Source: Neoechinorhynchus agilis (Eukaryota > Animalia > Acanthocephala). From it: 64,000 nucleotides of DNA. The stretch covers positions 9,836,784 to 9,900,783 of the forward strand of contig CM121341.1 of the NCBI GenBank assembly GCA_051530055.1, read 5' to 3'. The translations under genes and the position numbers were made by a program. Each line of letters begins with the position of its first letter. The first letter of the stretch is position 1. Below the pieces are notes generated by a model. That model was given only the letters and a program-made list of their open reading frames with translations. It was not told the DNA's origin and did not search any database. Shown piece by piece: positions 22,809 to 36,350 of this stretch.

Positions 22809-25800
22809 ATGTCGAAACGGCAGTGTGGGCGTGAAATGCTTCCTGTGTTGTTCGCAGAACTGACCGATCGACTGAATTCGGTTTTGGTTGATGAAGGTTG
22901 CCGAGCGGATGATGTGGATGATCGTTCAAAGTTTCAATCTTTCCTAGAAGACATTTCTGCTAAAGTTCGTGAGGTCCAAGTCGAATGCGTACGATCCGAA
23001 GCCGAGTTCGAGAAAGATATTCGAAACGCTTTTGCAACTCAGGAAGAGGTGAAGAATGAACTTGATTCGGTGAAAGAAGAGCGCGACGGTCTTAGGAAGG
23101 TAATTCAAGCGTATATAAAGGAGACTGATCAATTGCGACAGAGTCTCATTACCTCGGAGAATAGATGCATTGAGCTCGAGGCAAAAGAACGAAGGCTTAT
23201 TTCAAGTTACGAGACGGAGAATGAGAAAAGAAGAAAGGCAGAACGTGATTTGGAAAGGAAAGATTCGGAAATCGAACATCTTAATGGCGAATGTCGCTTG
23301 TATGAAAGGAAGCTTGGTTTATTCTCACAAGAGAAGTCAGAGCTATTGGCCGAAAAGACCGTCGCTGAGAATCAAAATCGGGATTTAAGTAGACGTGAAG
23401 CCGACTGGGAAACGCAAAGACAAGTGATGATGCAGGAGTTGGGAGCGGTTAGAGACGAGCTTTCTAGAGTCACCAAGAATCTTCTAACACATCAAATAGA
23501 GTCATCTCAAAAGATAAATCGATTGGAATGCGAGAATGGAATTCTTAAGACCGAAGCAGAGCAGTACAACGACACCATCGGAAAACTAAACGCCGATTTA
23601 TCTTCTTTGGAATCACGATGTATGCATTTGGGTGGCGAGGCAGGACGTCTAAAAGCCAACTATGCAGTGCAGTTAAAGGAGTGTGCCGATCAGGTCAACG
23701 ATCTGCGGAATCAGGTTGTAAGAAATGAGGATGTGCTTTCCGGTTAGGGCGGCTCTGTGTTATTTTCAATTCTCTAGGCTTCTTAAAAAATTTCATTTAG
23801 CAAGTTAATCGGTTAAAACAAATGTATTTTGAACCACTCGGAGTTTTTACTCCTTCTTCATGTCGACGAAAATAGGTTCTTTTCTCTTAACTGCATCGTG
23901 ATCAGTTTATCGGATTGCCGACTGATTTCTCAACCGCTTGTTTTCTTTTTTCGATTGTCCTTCAGCAAGTTAATCAGCTAAAACAAATGTATTTTGAACC
24001 ACTCGGAGTTTTTACTCCTTCTTCATGTCGACGAAAATAGGTTCTTTTCTCTTAACTGCATCGTGATCAGTTCGCTTATTGTCGATTGATTTCTCAACCG
24101 CTTGTTTTCTTTTTCCGATTGTCCTTCAGCAAGTTAATCGGTTAAAACAAATGTATTTTGAACCACTCAGAGTTTTTGCTCCTTCTTCGTGTCGACGAAA
24201 ATGGGTTTTTTCTCTCTCGACTGCATCGTGATCAGTTTATCGGATTGCCGACTGATTTCTCAACCGCTTGTTTTCTTTTTTCGATTGTCTTTTAGCAAGT
24301 TAATCGGCTAAAACAAATGTATTTTGAACCACTCAGAATTTTTGCTCCTTCTTCATGTCGACGGAAATGGGTTTTTTCTCTCTCGACTGCATCTTGATCA
24401 GTTTATCGGATTGTCGACTGATTTCTCAACCGGGCATCTTAAAGGTTAAGCGCATTTCTCATGTACGAGAATCTGAACTGCGATCTGCAGCAGAATATCG
24501 ATATAAGCAAGGTCTCGAGGACGTGCAGCGATTCCAGCAAGAATCTCGAGATTACGAGGAGGTGAACGAGCGCCTGCGGCAATACTGCAACGATCTACGA
24601 AATCAACTAGCCGAATGTGAACAAAAAGAAGAAACAAAAGTTAGGGCGTTGGAGACTGAACTTAAGAATGCAAACGATCTTCTTCAAGTGGTTTCACCGG
24701 TCGCCAATGTCTCAGACTTGAGTAACGTATCGGATAATGCGGCACTTGTTAGTCAGCTCCTAAGTCCAGATTTATCATTCACTACGATCTACTCACGGTA
24801 CATTGAACTCCACCGTCGGCTGGACGGAGTTGTTCACGAAAACGAGCGACTTAAAAACGCTCATTCTGCGTTTGTGAAACGACTACACGATCAGGCTCCG
24901 GTGCTCCAGCGACAACGAGTTGATATTGAAAATGCTTATAGAACCATAAATGAGCTGAGGGAGTGTATTGCTGAGTTAAGACAAGAATTGTCAAATTCAC
25001 GAGATGCGAACGCATCTAAGCTGCGCCGGACGAACGGTCTTTTGCGCGAGAATGCGATTCTCCGTGAAGAATCGCGTGAATTGAGTGAGCAAGTCCGTTC
25101 TTTGATAAAGGAGATTGCGGTTTCGCGAGGTGAAGAAGTTAATTTAGAAGATGGAGACCGTGGATATGTGAGTATTGAGGAACTCCACGAAGCGAACGTT
25201 CAATTAAGACGACGCGTACGCGAGATGGAAGCAAGTAGTTTAAATATTACAGAGCCAGAACAATCAAGCGATGCTCACATTAAAGTAAAATGGTTGAATG
25301 AGCGCTTAGAGGTTCTCACCCAAGAGATGATTGCTTACAAAGCTTCGATTGAGACTTTAACAAAGCAACGGGATGCCTACAAAGAGTTGAGTGAAGATGC
25401 GTGTCGGATGCAGACAAATGCTGGCGATGATGATTCCAGAATTATCCAGAATCTACGAAATGAGGTAGAGCGAAAGACGATGGAGCTCGCTGCACTTCAC
25501 AAGGACCAGCAAGCTTTCCACGACCGCATTTCTTTGAGCAGTAGTGAAGTCATGGAAAAGTTGGACGAGTTTAAGAAGGATATGGAGAATAAGGTAGTTA
25601 TGTGCGCCGAGCTGAATGGTGTTATCAAAAATCTCGAAGAAAAGTGTAAATTCTACGAAGGCCACGAATCTAATCTACGAATTGAGATATCCGGATGGAC
25701 CCAGCGCTATCGAAAGTTAAGCGATAGCTTCATTCGTCTTCAAAACACGAACGTAACATTGAACGCATCCTTGGTAGGCTCAAGTGAGCGAATAAGTGAA

Positions 25801-27636
25801 TTAGAAGTGCAGCGTCGTTCCTTTGAAGCCGAAAACACAATCCTGCAATGCAAAGTTCGTCGTCTAAAAGAAGAGTTAGATATGACAAAGACCCAATGGA
25901 TATCGAATCAATCTCTTCAAGACACAATATCATCGATGCGTTCGGCTCTCACTGAAAACGAACGATCTAATCGATATTTGATTGAGAAGCAGGTTGCATC
26001 TCTGGAGACTAGACTTCAAGAATCCAATGATCGTTTAAACGCAGGAGAGGCTCTCTCACGAGAAATGAGTGTGGCTCACCAAGAAGAGCTGGATAAAGTC
26101 ACGGCCATGATGAATAGTGAACGTGAAGAGAATATGAAGCTAAGGAATGAATTGAATGAGAACCGAGACCGTGTGGTCAAACTGGCTCACGAGCTGACAG
26201 AATGTCAATCTGAATTGGTTGCTGCTCGCTTAAAGACGAAATCTACGGGTGAAATTGTTGACCAAATAGGTGCTAGCGAGCTTGAGCTAGAAGATTGGCG
26301 TGCAAAGGTTCACTTATTAGAAGAAGAACTTGAGTCTCAACAATGCCTTCGAGCTGATTTGATGACGTCTCTCGAGGACCAGAAGCGATTATCTGAGAAT
26401 CTGGACAAGGCTTTAACGGATCAAGTTGAACAGTACGAGCGTAGATTGAAGGACATTGAGTCTACTAATGTGGAATTGAAGAAAGTGATTGAACAAAAAG
26501 AGGATTTGTTAAGTCGTGTTCAACAAGAATACTTGGATTTTAGTGAGGATGCAAAACGGCGACAGAATGCGTTCAGTGAGAAGGAGTCTAGTTGGTGTAA
26601 ACGGTCGGCTGAGACGATTGAAATGATGAACACTCTTAATGAACGTTTAAGCTTGATGACTGACGAAAAGGATAGATTAGCGGGTGAGTTGAAGACCCAA
26701 TGTGAAGAGAATGAGAGGTTGGCTAAGAAAGTGGACGAGAACCGTGTTGCGTTCAATGAGCTTCACTGTGATTTAGAGACTAAAACGCGTAATAATGAAG
26801 AAATGGTTGAAGATGCCATTAAGTTAAAGGAAGACATTAGAGTTGTGAGTTGTGAGGCGGAGCAAACTCGAACGGAACTAAAGGAACTCACGGAGCGGTT
26901 TAGTGCTTATCGTGAGTCCTATGAAACGATGGTTGATGAGTACAAGCGGGATCTCGAGAAACAACCAAATGAGATACAGAAGTTGATTGATTTCGTTGTT
27001 GAAATGAGAGGATCCAGTGGAAATGAGGAAGGTGGTGAGACTAATAGCCTCGTTGAACTGCACAAAGCACTTACAAATGAGCAGATTAAGTTACGTGAGA
27101 CCTTAACTAAAGTAAGTGCAGAGAATGATCAGCTGCAGAAGACTAATTTGGAACTGGAACAAAAGTTTAAATCTATGAGTGTAGAGTCCGTCTTCAGCGT
27201 CAGAAGTGAATTAGAAGTGAGTTTAAAGAATGTTCGTGATCTAACTACGGCCAATTCGCGATTGCTTGAGGAAAATCAGAAACTGTTGGATGAGAACACT
27301 CGGTTGTTATTGAGGCAACCTAGCAGTGAGAAACGTGCTTTGAGTGATCGAGAGCCATCGGAAAAGAGGGAAGAGAAACGGGTTAAAAGTGAGGAGTCAA
27401 GCTTAGAGGCGACGACGACTGAACCACGGCGTACCACCAACGTCGTTCGACCTCCCATTGAACCGATTGTATGGACGGATACTAGTATATTTGGTGGTGT
27501 TGGCGTGCCTAGTCGGTACTCGAGGTTAGGTCCGTTACGAGGACAAAGACGACCAAGAATGAGACGAGGTATGGACGAAGGACATTTCAGGAGACCGGGA
27601 AATGGCGGTGGTGTTGGTGGCGGAGGACAGTTTTGA
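22809..27636 (+). CDS. TPR: Nucleoprotein TPR / Mlp1 (nuclear basket coiled-coil), 2 exons
   Basis: Exon 1 about 22809-23717/23742, exon 2 about 24445-27636. LSFTTIYSRYIE..RL....ENERLK....FVKRL..QAPVLQRQR matches TPR LTELYNAYVE..ENKRIN....IVKEVEAKAPILKRQR. The ORF-track start at 24355 lies in an intronic repeat. Confidence 0.85.
23799..24432. repeat. Tandem repeat of about 165 bp x4 in the TPR intron
   Basis: Unit starts (caagttaatc) at 23801, 23966, 24130 and 24296. Confidence 0.95.
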
Positions 27637-28013
27637 CCAGCGTGTATGTTGTTCATAAAAGTGACGTTTTTCTTTTATTCAAACGGTGGCGATGATGATC
27701 AACGCGACAATGAATCTATTCCTTTGGAATAACAGGATTTCTTAAAAGGCGAATCTGAGCCACCGTTTCAATCATTTCGATATATCGGCTACTAAACACC
27801 GAACATTGATTTAAAAATACCGAATTGTTGATCACCTGTCATTGATTTTTTAATCTTTCCAAATTTATTTCAACAGAAGTTCATGATAGGCGGCGAGGAA
27901 AGTGAAAAATCGGTGTTTTGCGCAAAACTCGATTTGCAAATAAGCCCAATAGCGTCTTATTTGGGGCATTCGATTACTATTTCTTATCTGTTGTTTGCCA
28001 AAACTACGTTTCC

Positions 28014-28343
28014 ATGACGACCATTGTGTGTGTGTGGAAAAATGCCGATTTAGATTGGAGACAGTGCGCGATGGATAAACGAGAAAGGTGTTGTAAGCAA
28101 TCCTCACCAATGGAAAGAATCCGAACACATCTACAAGATAACACTTTAAGTCAAGAGATTACGGAAAAAAGTCTTTCCAAACACATTGATGATATTGACC
28201 ACCTGATATACAGAGTAAAACGTCTAAATGATAAAATCAGAGCCGAACTCGAGAAGGCGTTGGGTGATTTAGTGAATGTAACACTTAATGAGTCCGATAA
28301 GACAATGATCGAGGAAATATATGAGATCATAGACCGGCTTTAG
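28014..28343 (+). CDS. Hypothetical helical protein
   Basis: ATG 28014 to TAG 28343 (109 aa); coding-like composition with a coiled-coil-like C-half; no family recognised. Confidence 0.5.
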   Translation: MTTIVCVWKNADLDWRQCAMDKRERCCKQSSPMERIRTHLQDNTLSQEITEKSLSKHIDDIDHLIYRVKRLNDKIRAELEKALGDLVNVTLNESDKTMIEEIYEIIDRL

Positions 28344-30236
28344 TCCTTAAGAAATATTTGTTTTTGTGAGTATATCATTTGACCCGCTTCTTTATCGTTT
28401 TCAAGCACTTTTAAAGCTTTTGCATCCATTGAATTGGTCAACGTGTTCAAATCAAACAGGGGAATAGTTTCACGCTCCTAATTTCAGAATTTTTTTATTA
28501 CCGATGAAGATAGGTGAATACTTACGTTTAGTATAACGGGAGATGTTAAATTGAAGCTTCCGTCAGTCTGAACCATGGCACAGTCAATGGCTAAATGATT
28601 TGTTAGGACGCAAGTGAGAGTCTGCACGAATCGGAAGATTGCTACAGCCCAAGTGGACACCGGAATGTTCGACCACTCCTTAACGTATTTGAGTATTTGT
28701 TCTCGATTTTCCTGAATCAAACGTTTACTAAAATATCCAGTAAAGAATTCAGCGAACCTTACTAGCCTGCATTTGAGGCCAACAATAGTCAAACATTATT
28801 GAAGCTGTTTCGGGAGAGCATCCTCCCACGATTGGTATGGAAAATCATCGAGCGAGGCGATTGGTTTAGGGATTTTATGGGTTTAAATGGTAAAAAATAA
28901 GATTATCTAGTAAAAACGTTAGTTATCGTCGTTTATAACCATGATTTAGAATCATTAAGGGCGAAAATCCTATGGGATGATAGAGTTCAAGAGATGTGAT
29001 CCCCTCCAGGATCGCGAAATATTTTATTAGGAGATATTTAGATTCAAAAGGAAGCTCCATCCGTCATTATTTTTAATACTTGAAATATTTCAATAAAATA
29101 CGTTTTATCCGGACGGAGGGAAGAGATATTGATCATTACAACTCATAAAGAAAATCAAAATTATCTTTCTCCTTTGAATCTACTTTAATTCCAAATATTT
29201 TGCTTCTAAAGAATGCCAACCATGATTTAAAATCATTAAGAGCGAAAATCCTTCGGGGATGATAAAGTTCGTGAGATTTGGTGATCAATATCCTACGGAT
29301 AAATCGCATATTTAGATACTTCGATTCGAAAGGAAACTTCATCCGTCATTATTTTTAAGACTTTAAATATTTCAATAAAATACGTTTTATCCGGGCGGAG
29401 GGGAAAAGATATTGATCATTACAATTCATAAAGGAGACTAAATTATTTTTCTATGATCGACCTACCAATAAATAATGATAATAAGATATCTAAAATGGTT
29501 TAAAATAGAAGATAATTGATCGTGGTTCCTGAACCCCATTCCCTACGGAAATATCCGACGATTATCCAAGGATACATAAGTCCTTTTCAAGACGGTATTC
29601 TACACATAAAGGAGATTGTACAACGATACCGAAACAATTCAATACCATGACTTTTGAGAATGCATTAGAGGCCTTCATAAACTCCAGGGTGCCCATTCCA
29701 ACCAATTGATTCGTTTTTACCAATTGATCAGAGGACAGCAATGATATAGCTTCGAATATAACATTGATTGGCTGACAAGCGACTCCAATAAACCTGGGCT
29801 GGTTCGTTTTTACAGTACGCAAAATTCGAATTATTTCCTTGAATACACAACCCGGGTCTTTGGGAAGTTCTAAATTTCAAATCATTAAGAGAAGAACGCT
29901 TAAATTCCAACCATAGTCTGAAGCAAGTACTAAAATGTCGGAATAAGGAGACGGTGAGAACTCGAGAGAGGCCATAACGGAAATATCAGTTTCAGGCCAA
30001 TCGCTCGCGATTTCATTAAGATGATCGTGGACGGTCTTGTTGAACGTAATGATCGATACTCTAGGCTAATTTTTTGTTTAAGTTGTTGAATTCTAAGCTC
30101 TTTTGCACTATATACCAACCACTTCCGTTTTTTGGTTTGTGGAACGAAACTTTGAATCGCTTAACAAGCTTTTATAATAAAAATCGTTCAGATTTCGTAG
30201 TGTGATCCTCACAATTTGACCAGGTCTTTTTAACAT
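28340..30236 (-). pseudogene. Highly divergent mitochondrial malate dehydrogenase (MDH2)-like gene, multi-exon, frame-disrupted
   Basis: Inferred exons 30236-30123, 30065-29912, 29869-29646, ~28880-28526, 28477-28340. Matches to MDH2: VACQPIN/VIANPVN, GMGTLEFMKAS/GVTTLDIVRAN, SIPIVGGCSPET/NVPVIGGHAGKT, AVAIFRFVQTL/AYAGARFVFSL, IDCAMVQ/VECSFVK, TSPVIL/STPLLL. Exon 4 needs frameshifts and lacks a clean AG. Confidence 0.65.
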
Positions 30237-30449
30237 CTCGGATTTTATGCGAAATTGTGATTTAAAACGACTCTAAAGTTTATTAAGGTTTAGAGATTTA
30301 TGATATTAGAGGATAAGGGGCGCTTTTAAAATCAAATACAATTTTAGGAACCTAGATCTAACAGGGAAGCCATTTCAGTTTTCAATGCTCTTCTGAACCA
30401 CCAGAATTGATGTTAAGCTCTTAAGTGTGTTTCGATTGTTACAACATAC

Positions 30450-31070
30450 AAAATGACCATTTTATGTCTTGGATTATTATCTTCGGGGGAAAAGATACTT
30501 TCGTTTTCTTAGTTTTGCCACCCCTCGGATTCAAAAAATTCACCAATGATTTATTTCCCGGATATTTCCGGTCGAAGCTTAAATCCGGGGTTTCTAAACT
30601 ACAAAAAGAAAATAACCATTTTATGTCTTGATTATCTTCAGGGGGAGATACTTTCTTTTTCTTAGTTTTTCTACCCCTCGGATTCAAAAATTCACCGATG
30701 ATTCGTTTCCCCAGTATTTCACGTCGGATCTTAAATCCGGGGTTTCAAAACCACCAAAAGAAAATAACCGTTTTATGTCTTGATTATCTTCAGGGGGAGA
30801 TACTTTCTTTTTCTTAGTTTTGCCACCCCGCCCGTGATTCAAAAATTCACCGATGATTTATTTCCCCAGTATTTCACGTCGGATCTTAAATCCGGGGTAT
30901 CAAAACTACCAAAAGAAAATGACCATTTTGTCTTGGATTATTATCTTCAGGGGGAAAAGATACTTTCTTTTTATTAGTTTTCCACCCCTTGGATTTAAAA
31001 ATTTACTAATTTATTTCCCCGATATTTCAGGTCGGATCTTAAATCCGGAGTTTAAGAAATTAACTCCAGA
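30450..31070. repeat. Degenerate tandem repeat of about 155 bp x4
   Basis: ttttatgtctt(g)gattatcttcagggg...cttaaatccgggg recurs at about 30461, 30620, 30772 and 30928. Confidence 0.85.
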
Positions 31071-31089
31071 GATCGGACGTTAATTTCCG

Positions 31090-31570
31090 ATTATGCTGCA
31101 TTTGCGGGTGGAGCAACTGGAGAAAGACAACAGGCATCCCCTGCGATAAGCATCTCCCGAAACGGCGGGTGTATAAGGCAGTAGTGCGACCCGCCATGCA
31201 CCACGGCGCGGAGAAGTGGGCTGCGAAGAAGGAAGACGTTCAACGATTAGCCGTCAACGAAATGCGGATGCTGAGATTGTCTGCAGGATTGACACGCAAG
31301 GATCGAGTGCCCAATGACGAGGTGCGAAAGCTGTTTGCTGCCGAGCCGACCGAGGAGGTAATCGCTAAGAGGCGGGTGCGATGGTACCTGCAGGTGACAC
31401 AAGCGGATGAAGAGCGCATGCGGAATCGAGCTCGAGGGGAAAACGAGAAGAGGAAGGCCCAAGAAGAGGTGGGAGGACAGTGTGGGCGGAGATTTCAAGA
31501 CGCTGGGAAAGGAGAAGAACGAAGACGAAAACCGACAATGCTGAAAAGAACGACCTCCCAAGAAAGATAA
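31090..31570 (+). mobile_element. RTE-clade LINE C-terminal fragment
   Basis: GWSNWRKTTGIPCDK..YKAVVRPAMHHGAEKW..EMRMLR..GLTRKDRVPN..RRVRWY; GC-richer than the flanks. Confidence 0.85.
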
Positions 31571-31975
31571 AAGTTCAAAGAAATGTTGTTGATTTATATA
31601 CTCAAACAAAAACTTAAATCCAAGAATTAAGCCGTCAAAAGGACAAGCGAATCAAGAAATTAAAAAATACTCAAAAATTGAGCAGTAAAAGATCCAATTG
31701 ATTTGTAATTAGCGAATATTTTAATCCGAAAGAAAGAATATCACCGGTGACGTATAAACGAAAACATCTTGTGGAAATTCGCTACCATTTAAAGGATTTA
31801 TTGATTCGTTGATCAGTGGAAAACTCGTGACTTTGAACCTTTTGAACTCTCTTCGATCATTCAGTTTATTAGGATTTTTTTCATTGTAATTTATTACGTC
31901 AAAAGACGAGCATAAACGCGGCGTTCTCATTTTGTCACCTTTTTGGCTGCTGTATTCGAAAACGATCTTTTGAAC

Positions 31976-34900
31976 CAAAGTCTTTTTTTAACTTGAAAAT
32001 ACCAGCGAGTATTGAACCATTGAACTTGTTTGTTATAACGACCATCAGCGCTCTGAAAATTTTCTAGGCGAGTAAAAAATTTGCATTATTTTATATCTTT
32101 AAGAGGAATGTGAAATTGAAGGAAAACATCTTTTTTCATGGAAAAGATCATGAAGAAAGTCTTTTTTAACTTGAAAATACCAGCGAGTATTGAACCATTG
32201 AACTTGCTTTTTGTAACGACCATCAGCGCTCTGAAAATTTACTAGGCGACTAAAAAATTTGCATTATTTTATATCTTTAAGAAGAATGTGAAATTGAAGG
32301 AAAACATCTTTTTTCATGGAAAAGATCTTCATGAAGAAAGTCTTTTTTAACTTGAAAATACCAACGAGTATTGAACTATTGAACTTGCTTTTTGTAACGA
32401 CCATCAGCGCTCTGAAAATTTACTAGGCGACTAAAAAATTTGCATTATTTTATATCTTTAAGAAGAATGTGAAATTGAAGGAAAAACATCTTTTTTCATG
32501 GAAAAGATCTTCATGAAGAAAGCTTTTTTTAACTTGAAAATACCAGCGAGTATATTGAACCATTTAATCCGTTTGTTATAACGACCATCAGCGCTCTGAA
32601 AATTTTCTAGGCGAGTAAAAAATTTGCATTATTTTATATCTTTAAGAGGAATATGAAACTGAAGGAAAACATCTTTTTTCATGGAAAAGATCTTCATGAA
32701 GAAAGTCTTTTTTAACTTGAAAATACCAGCGAGTATTGAACCACTGAACTTGCTTATTGTAGCGACCATCAGCGCTCTGAAAATTTACTTTTTTCGAGTA
32801 AAAAATTTGCATTATTTTATATCTTTAAGAAGAATGTGAAACTGAAGGAAAACATCTTTTTTCATGGAAAATATCTTCATGAAGAAAGTCTTTTTTAACT
32901 TGAAAATACCAGCGAGTATTGAACCATTGAACTTGCTTATTGTAACGACCATCAGCGCTCTGAAAATTTACTAGGCGAGTAAAAAAATTGCATTATTTTA
33001 TATCTTTAAGAGGAATGTGAAATTGAAGGAAAAACATTTATCTTTTTTTCATGGAAAAGACCTATGAAGAAAGTCTTTTTTAACTTGAAAATACCAGCGA
33101 GTATTGAACCATTTAACGTTTGTTATAACGACCATCAGCGCTCTGAAAATTTACTAGGCGACTAAAAAAATTGCATTATTTTATATCTTTAAGAGGAATG
33201 TGAAATTGAAGGAAAACATTTATCTTTTTTCATGGAAAAGATCTTCATGAAGAAATTCTTTTTTAACTTTAAAATACCAGCGAGTATTGAACCATTGAAC
33301 TTGCTTATTGTAGCGACCATCAGCGCTCTGAAAATTTTCTAGGCGAGTAAAAAATTTGCATTATTTTATATCTTTAAGAGGAATGTGAAACTAAAGGAAA
33401 ACATCTTTTTTCATGGAAAAGATCTTCATGAAGAAAGTCTTTTTTAACTTGAAAATACCAGCGAGTATTGAACCATTTAATCCGTTTGTTATAACGACCA
33501 TCAGCGCTCTGAAAATTTTCTAGGCAGAAAAATTTGCATTATTTTATATCTTTAAGAGGAATATGAAACTGAAGGAAAACATCTTTTTTCATGGAAAAGA
33601 TCTTCATGAAGAAAGTCTTTTTTAACTTGAAAATACCAGCGAGTATTGAACCATTGAACTTGCTTATTGTAACGACCATCAGCGCTCTGAAAATTTACTA
33701 GGCGACTAAAAAATTTGCATTATTTTATATCTTTAAGAAGAATGTGAAATTGAAGGAAAACATCTTTTTTCATGGAAAAGATCTTCATGAAGAAAGTCTT
33801 TTTTAACTTGAAAATACCAGCGAGTATTGAACCATTGAACTTGTTTGTTATAACGACCATCAGCGCTCTGAAAATTTACTAGGCGACTAAAAAATTTGCA
33901 TTATTTTATATCTTTAAGAAGAATGTGAAATTGAAGGAAAACATCTTTTTTCATGGAAAAGATCTTCATGAAGAAAGTCTTTTTTAACTTGAAAATACCA
34001 GCGAGTATTGAACCATTGAACTTGCTTATTGTAACGACCATCAGCGCTCTGAAAATTTACTAGGCGACTAAAAAAATTGCATTATTTTATATCTTTAAGA
34101 GGAATGTGAAATTGAAGGAAAACATTTATCTTTTTTCATGGAAAAGATCTTCATGAAGAAAGTCTTTTTTAACTTGAAAATACCAGCGAGTATTGAACCA
34201 TTGAACTTGCTTATTGTAACGACCATCAGCGCTCTGAAAATTTACTAGGCGACTAAAAAATTTGCATTATTTTATATCTTTAAGAGGAATGTGAAATTGA
34301 AGGAAAACATTTATCTTTTTTCATGGAAAAGATCTTCATGAAGAAAGTCTTTTTTAACTTGAAAATACCAGCGAGTATTGAACCATTTAATCCGTTTGTT
34401 ATAACGACCATCAGCGCTCTGAAAATTTACTAGGCGACTAAAAATTTGCATTATTTTATATCTTTAAGAAGAATGTGAAATTGAAGGAAAACATTTATCT
34501 TTTTTCATGGAAAAGATCTTCATGAAGAAAGTCTTTTTTAACTTGAAAATACCAGCGAGTATTGAACCATTGAATCCGTTTGTTATAACGACCATCAGCG
34601 CTCTGAAAATTTACTTGGCGAGTAAAAAATTTGCATTATTTTATATCTTTAAGAAGAATGTGAAATTGAAGGAAAACATTTATCTTTTTTCATGGAAAAG
34701 ATCTTCATGAAGAAAGTCTTTTTTAACTTGAAAATACCAGCGAGTATTGAACCATTGAACTTCTTATTGTAACGACCATCAGCGCTCTGAAAATTTACTG
34801 GGCGACTAAAAAAATTGCATTATTTTATATCTTTAAGAGGAATGTGAAATTGATAAAACATCTTTTTTCATGGAAAGATCTTCATGAAGAAAGTCTTTAA

Positions 34901-36350
34901 CTTGAAAACACTAGTTAGTATTGAAACCATTGAACTTGTTTACAGTAACGACTCATCAGCGCTCTGAAAATTTACTTGGCGAGTAAAAAATTTGCATTAT
35001 TTTATATCTTTAAGAAGAATGTGAAATTGAAGGAAAACATTTATCTTTTTTCATGGAAGATCTTCATGAAGGAAAACTTTTTTAACTTGAAAATACCAGC
35101 GAGTATTGAACCATTTAATCCGTTTGTTATAACGACCATCAGCGCTCTGAAAATTTACTTGGCGAGTAAAAAATTTGCATTATTTTATATCTTTAAGAGG
35201 AATGTGAAATTGAAGGAAAACATCTTTTTTCATGGAAAGGATCTTCATGAAGAAAGTCTTTTTTAACTTGAAAATACCAACGAGTATTGAACCATTTAAT
35301 CCGTTTGTTATAACGACCATCAGCGTTCTGAAAGTTTACTAGGCGACTAAAAAATTTGCATTATTTTATATCTTTAAGAAGAATGTGAAATTGAAGGAAA
35401 ACATTTATCTTTTTTCATGGAAAAGATCTTCATGAAGAAAGTCTTTTTTAACTTGAAAATACCAGCGAGTTTTGAACCATTGAACTTGTTTGTTATAACG
35501 ACCATCAGCGCTCTGAAAATTTACTAGGCGACTAAAAAATTTGCATTATTTTATATCTTTAAGAGGAACGTGAAATTGAAGGAAAACATTTATCTTTTTT
35601 CATGGAAAAGATCTTCATGAAGAAAGTCTTTTTTAACTTGAAAATACCAGCGAGTATTGAACCATTTAATCCGTTTGTTATAACGACCATCAGCGCTCTG
35701 AAAATTTACTTGGCGAGTAAAAAATTTGCATTATTTTATATCTTTAAGAAGAATGTGAAATTGAAGGAAAACATTTATCTTTTTTTTATTGAAAAGATCT
35801 TCATTAAGAAAGTCTTTTTTAACTTGAAAATACCAGCGAGTATTGAACCATTGAACTTGCTTATTTTAACGACCATCAGCGCTCTGAAAATTTACTAGGC
35901 GACTAAAAAAATTGCATTATTTTATATCTTTAAGAGGAATGTGAAATTGAAGGAAAACATCTTTTTTCATGGAAAAGATCTTCATGAAGAAAGTCTTTTT
36001 TAACTTGAAAATACCAGCGAGTATTGAACCATTGAACTTGTTTGTTATAACGACCATCAGCGCTCTGGAAATTTACTTGGCGACTAAAAAATTTGCATTA
36101 TTTTATATCTTTAAGAAGAATGTGAAATTGAAGGAAAACATCTTTTTTCATGGAAAAGATCTTCATGAAGAAAGTCTTTTTTAACTTGAAAATACCAGCG
36201 AGTATTGAACCATTGAACTTGTTTGTTATAACGACCATCAGCGCTCTGATAATTTACTTGGCGAGTAAAAAAATTGCATTATTTTATATCTTTAAGAAGA
36301 ATGTGAAATTGAAGGAAAACATTTATCTTTTTTTTATTGAAAAGATCTTT
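31976..36350. repeat. Satellite I: about 181-bp unit x about 24
   Basis: aaagtcttttttaacttgaaaataccagcgagtattgaacc recurs every 179-184 nt throughout. Confidence 0.98.

Noticed and set aside
24355-24444. N-terminal extension MSTEMGFFSLDC... of the 1093-aa ORF
   Set aside because: It lies within the last copy of the intronic 165-bp repeat; the real frame continues from TPR exon 1.
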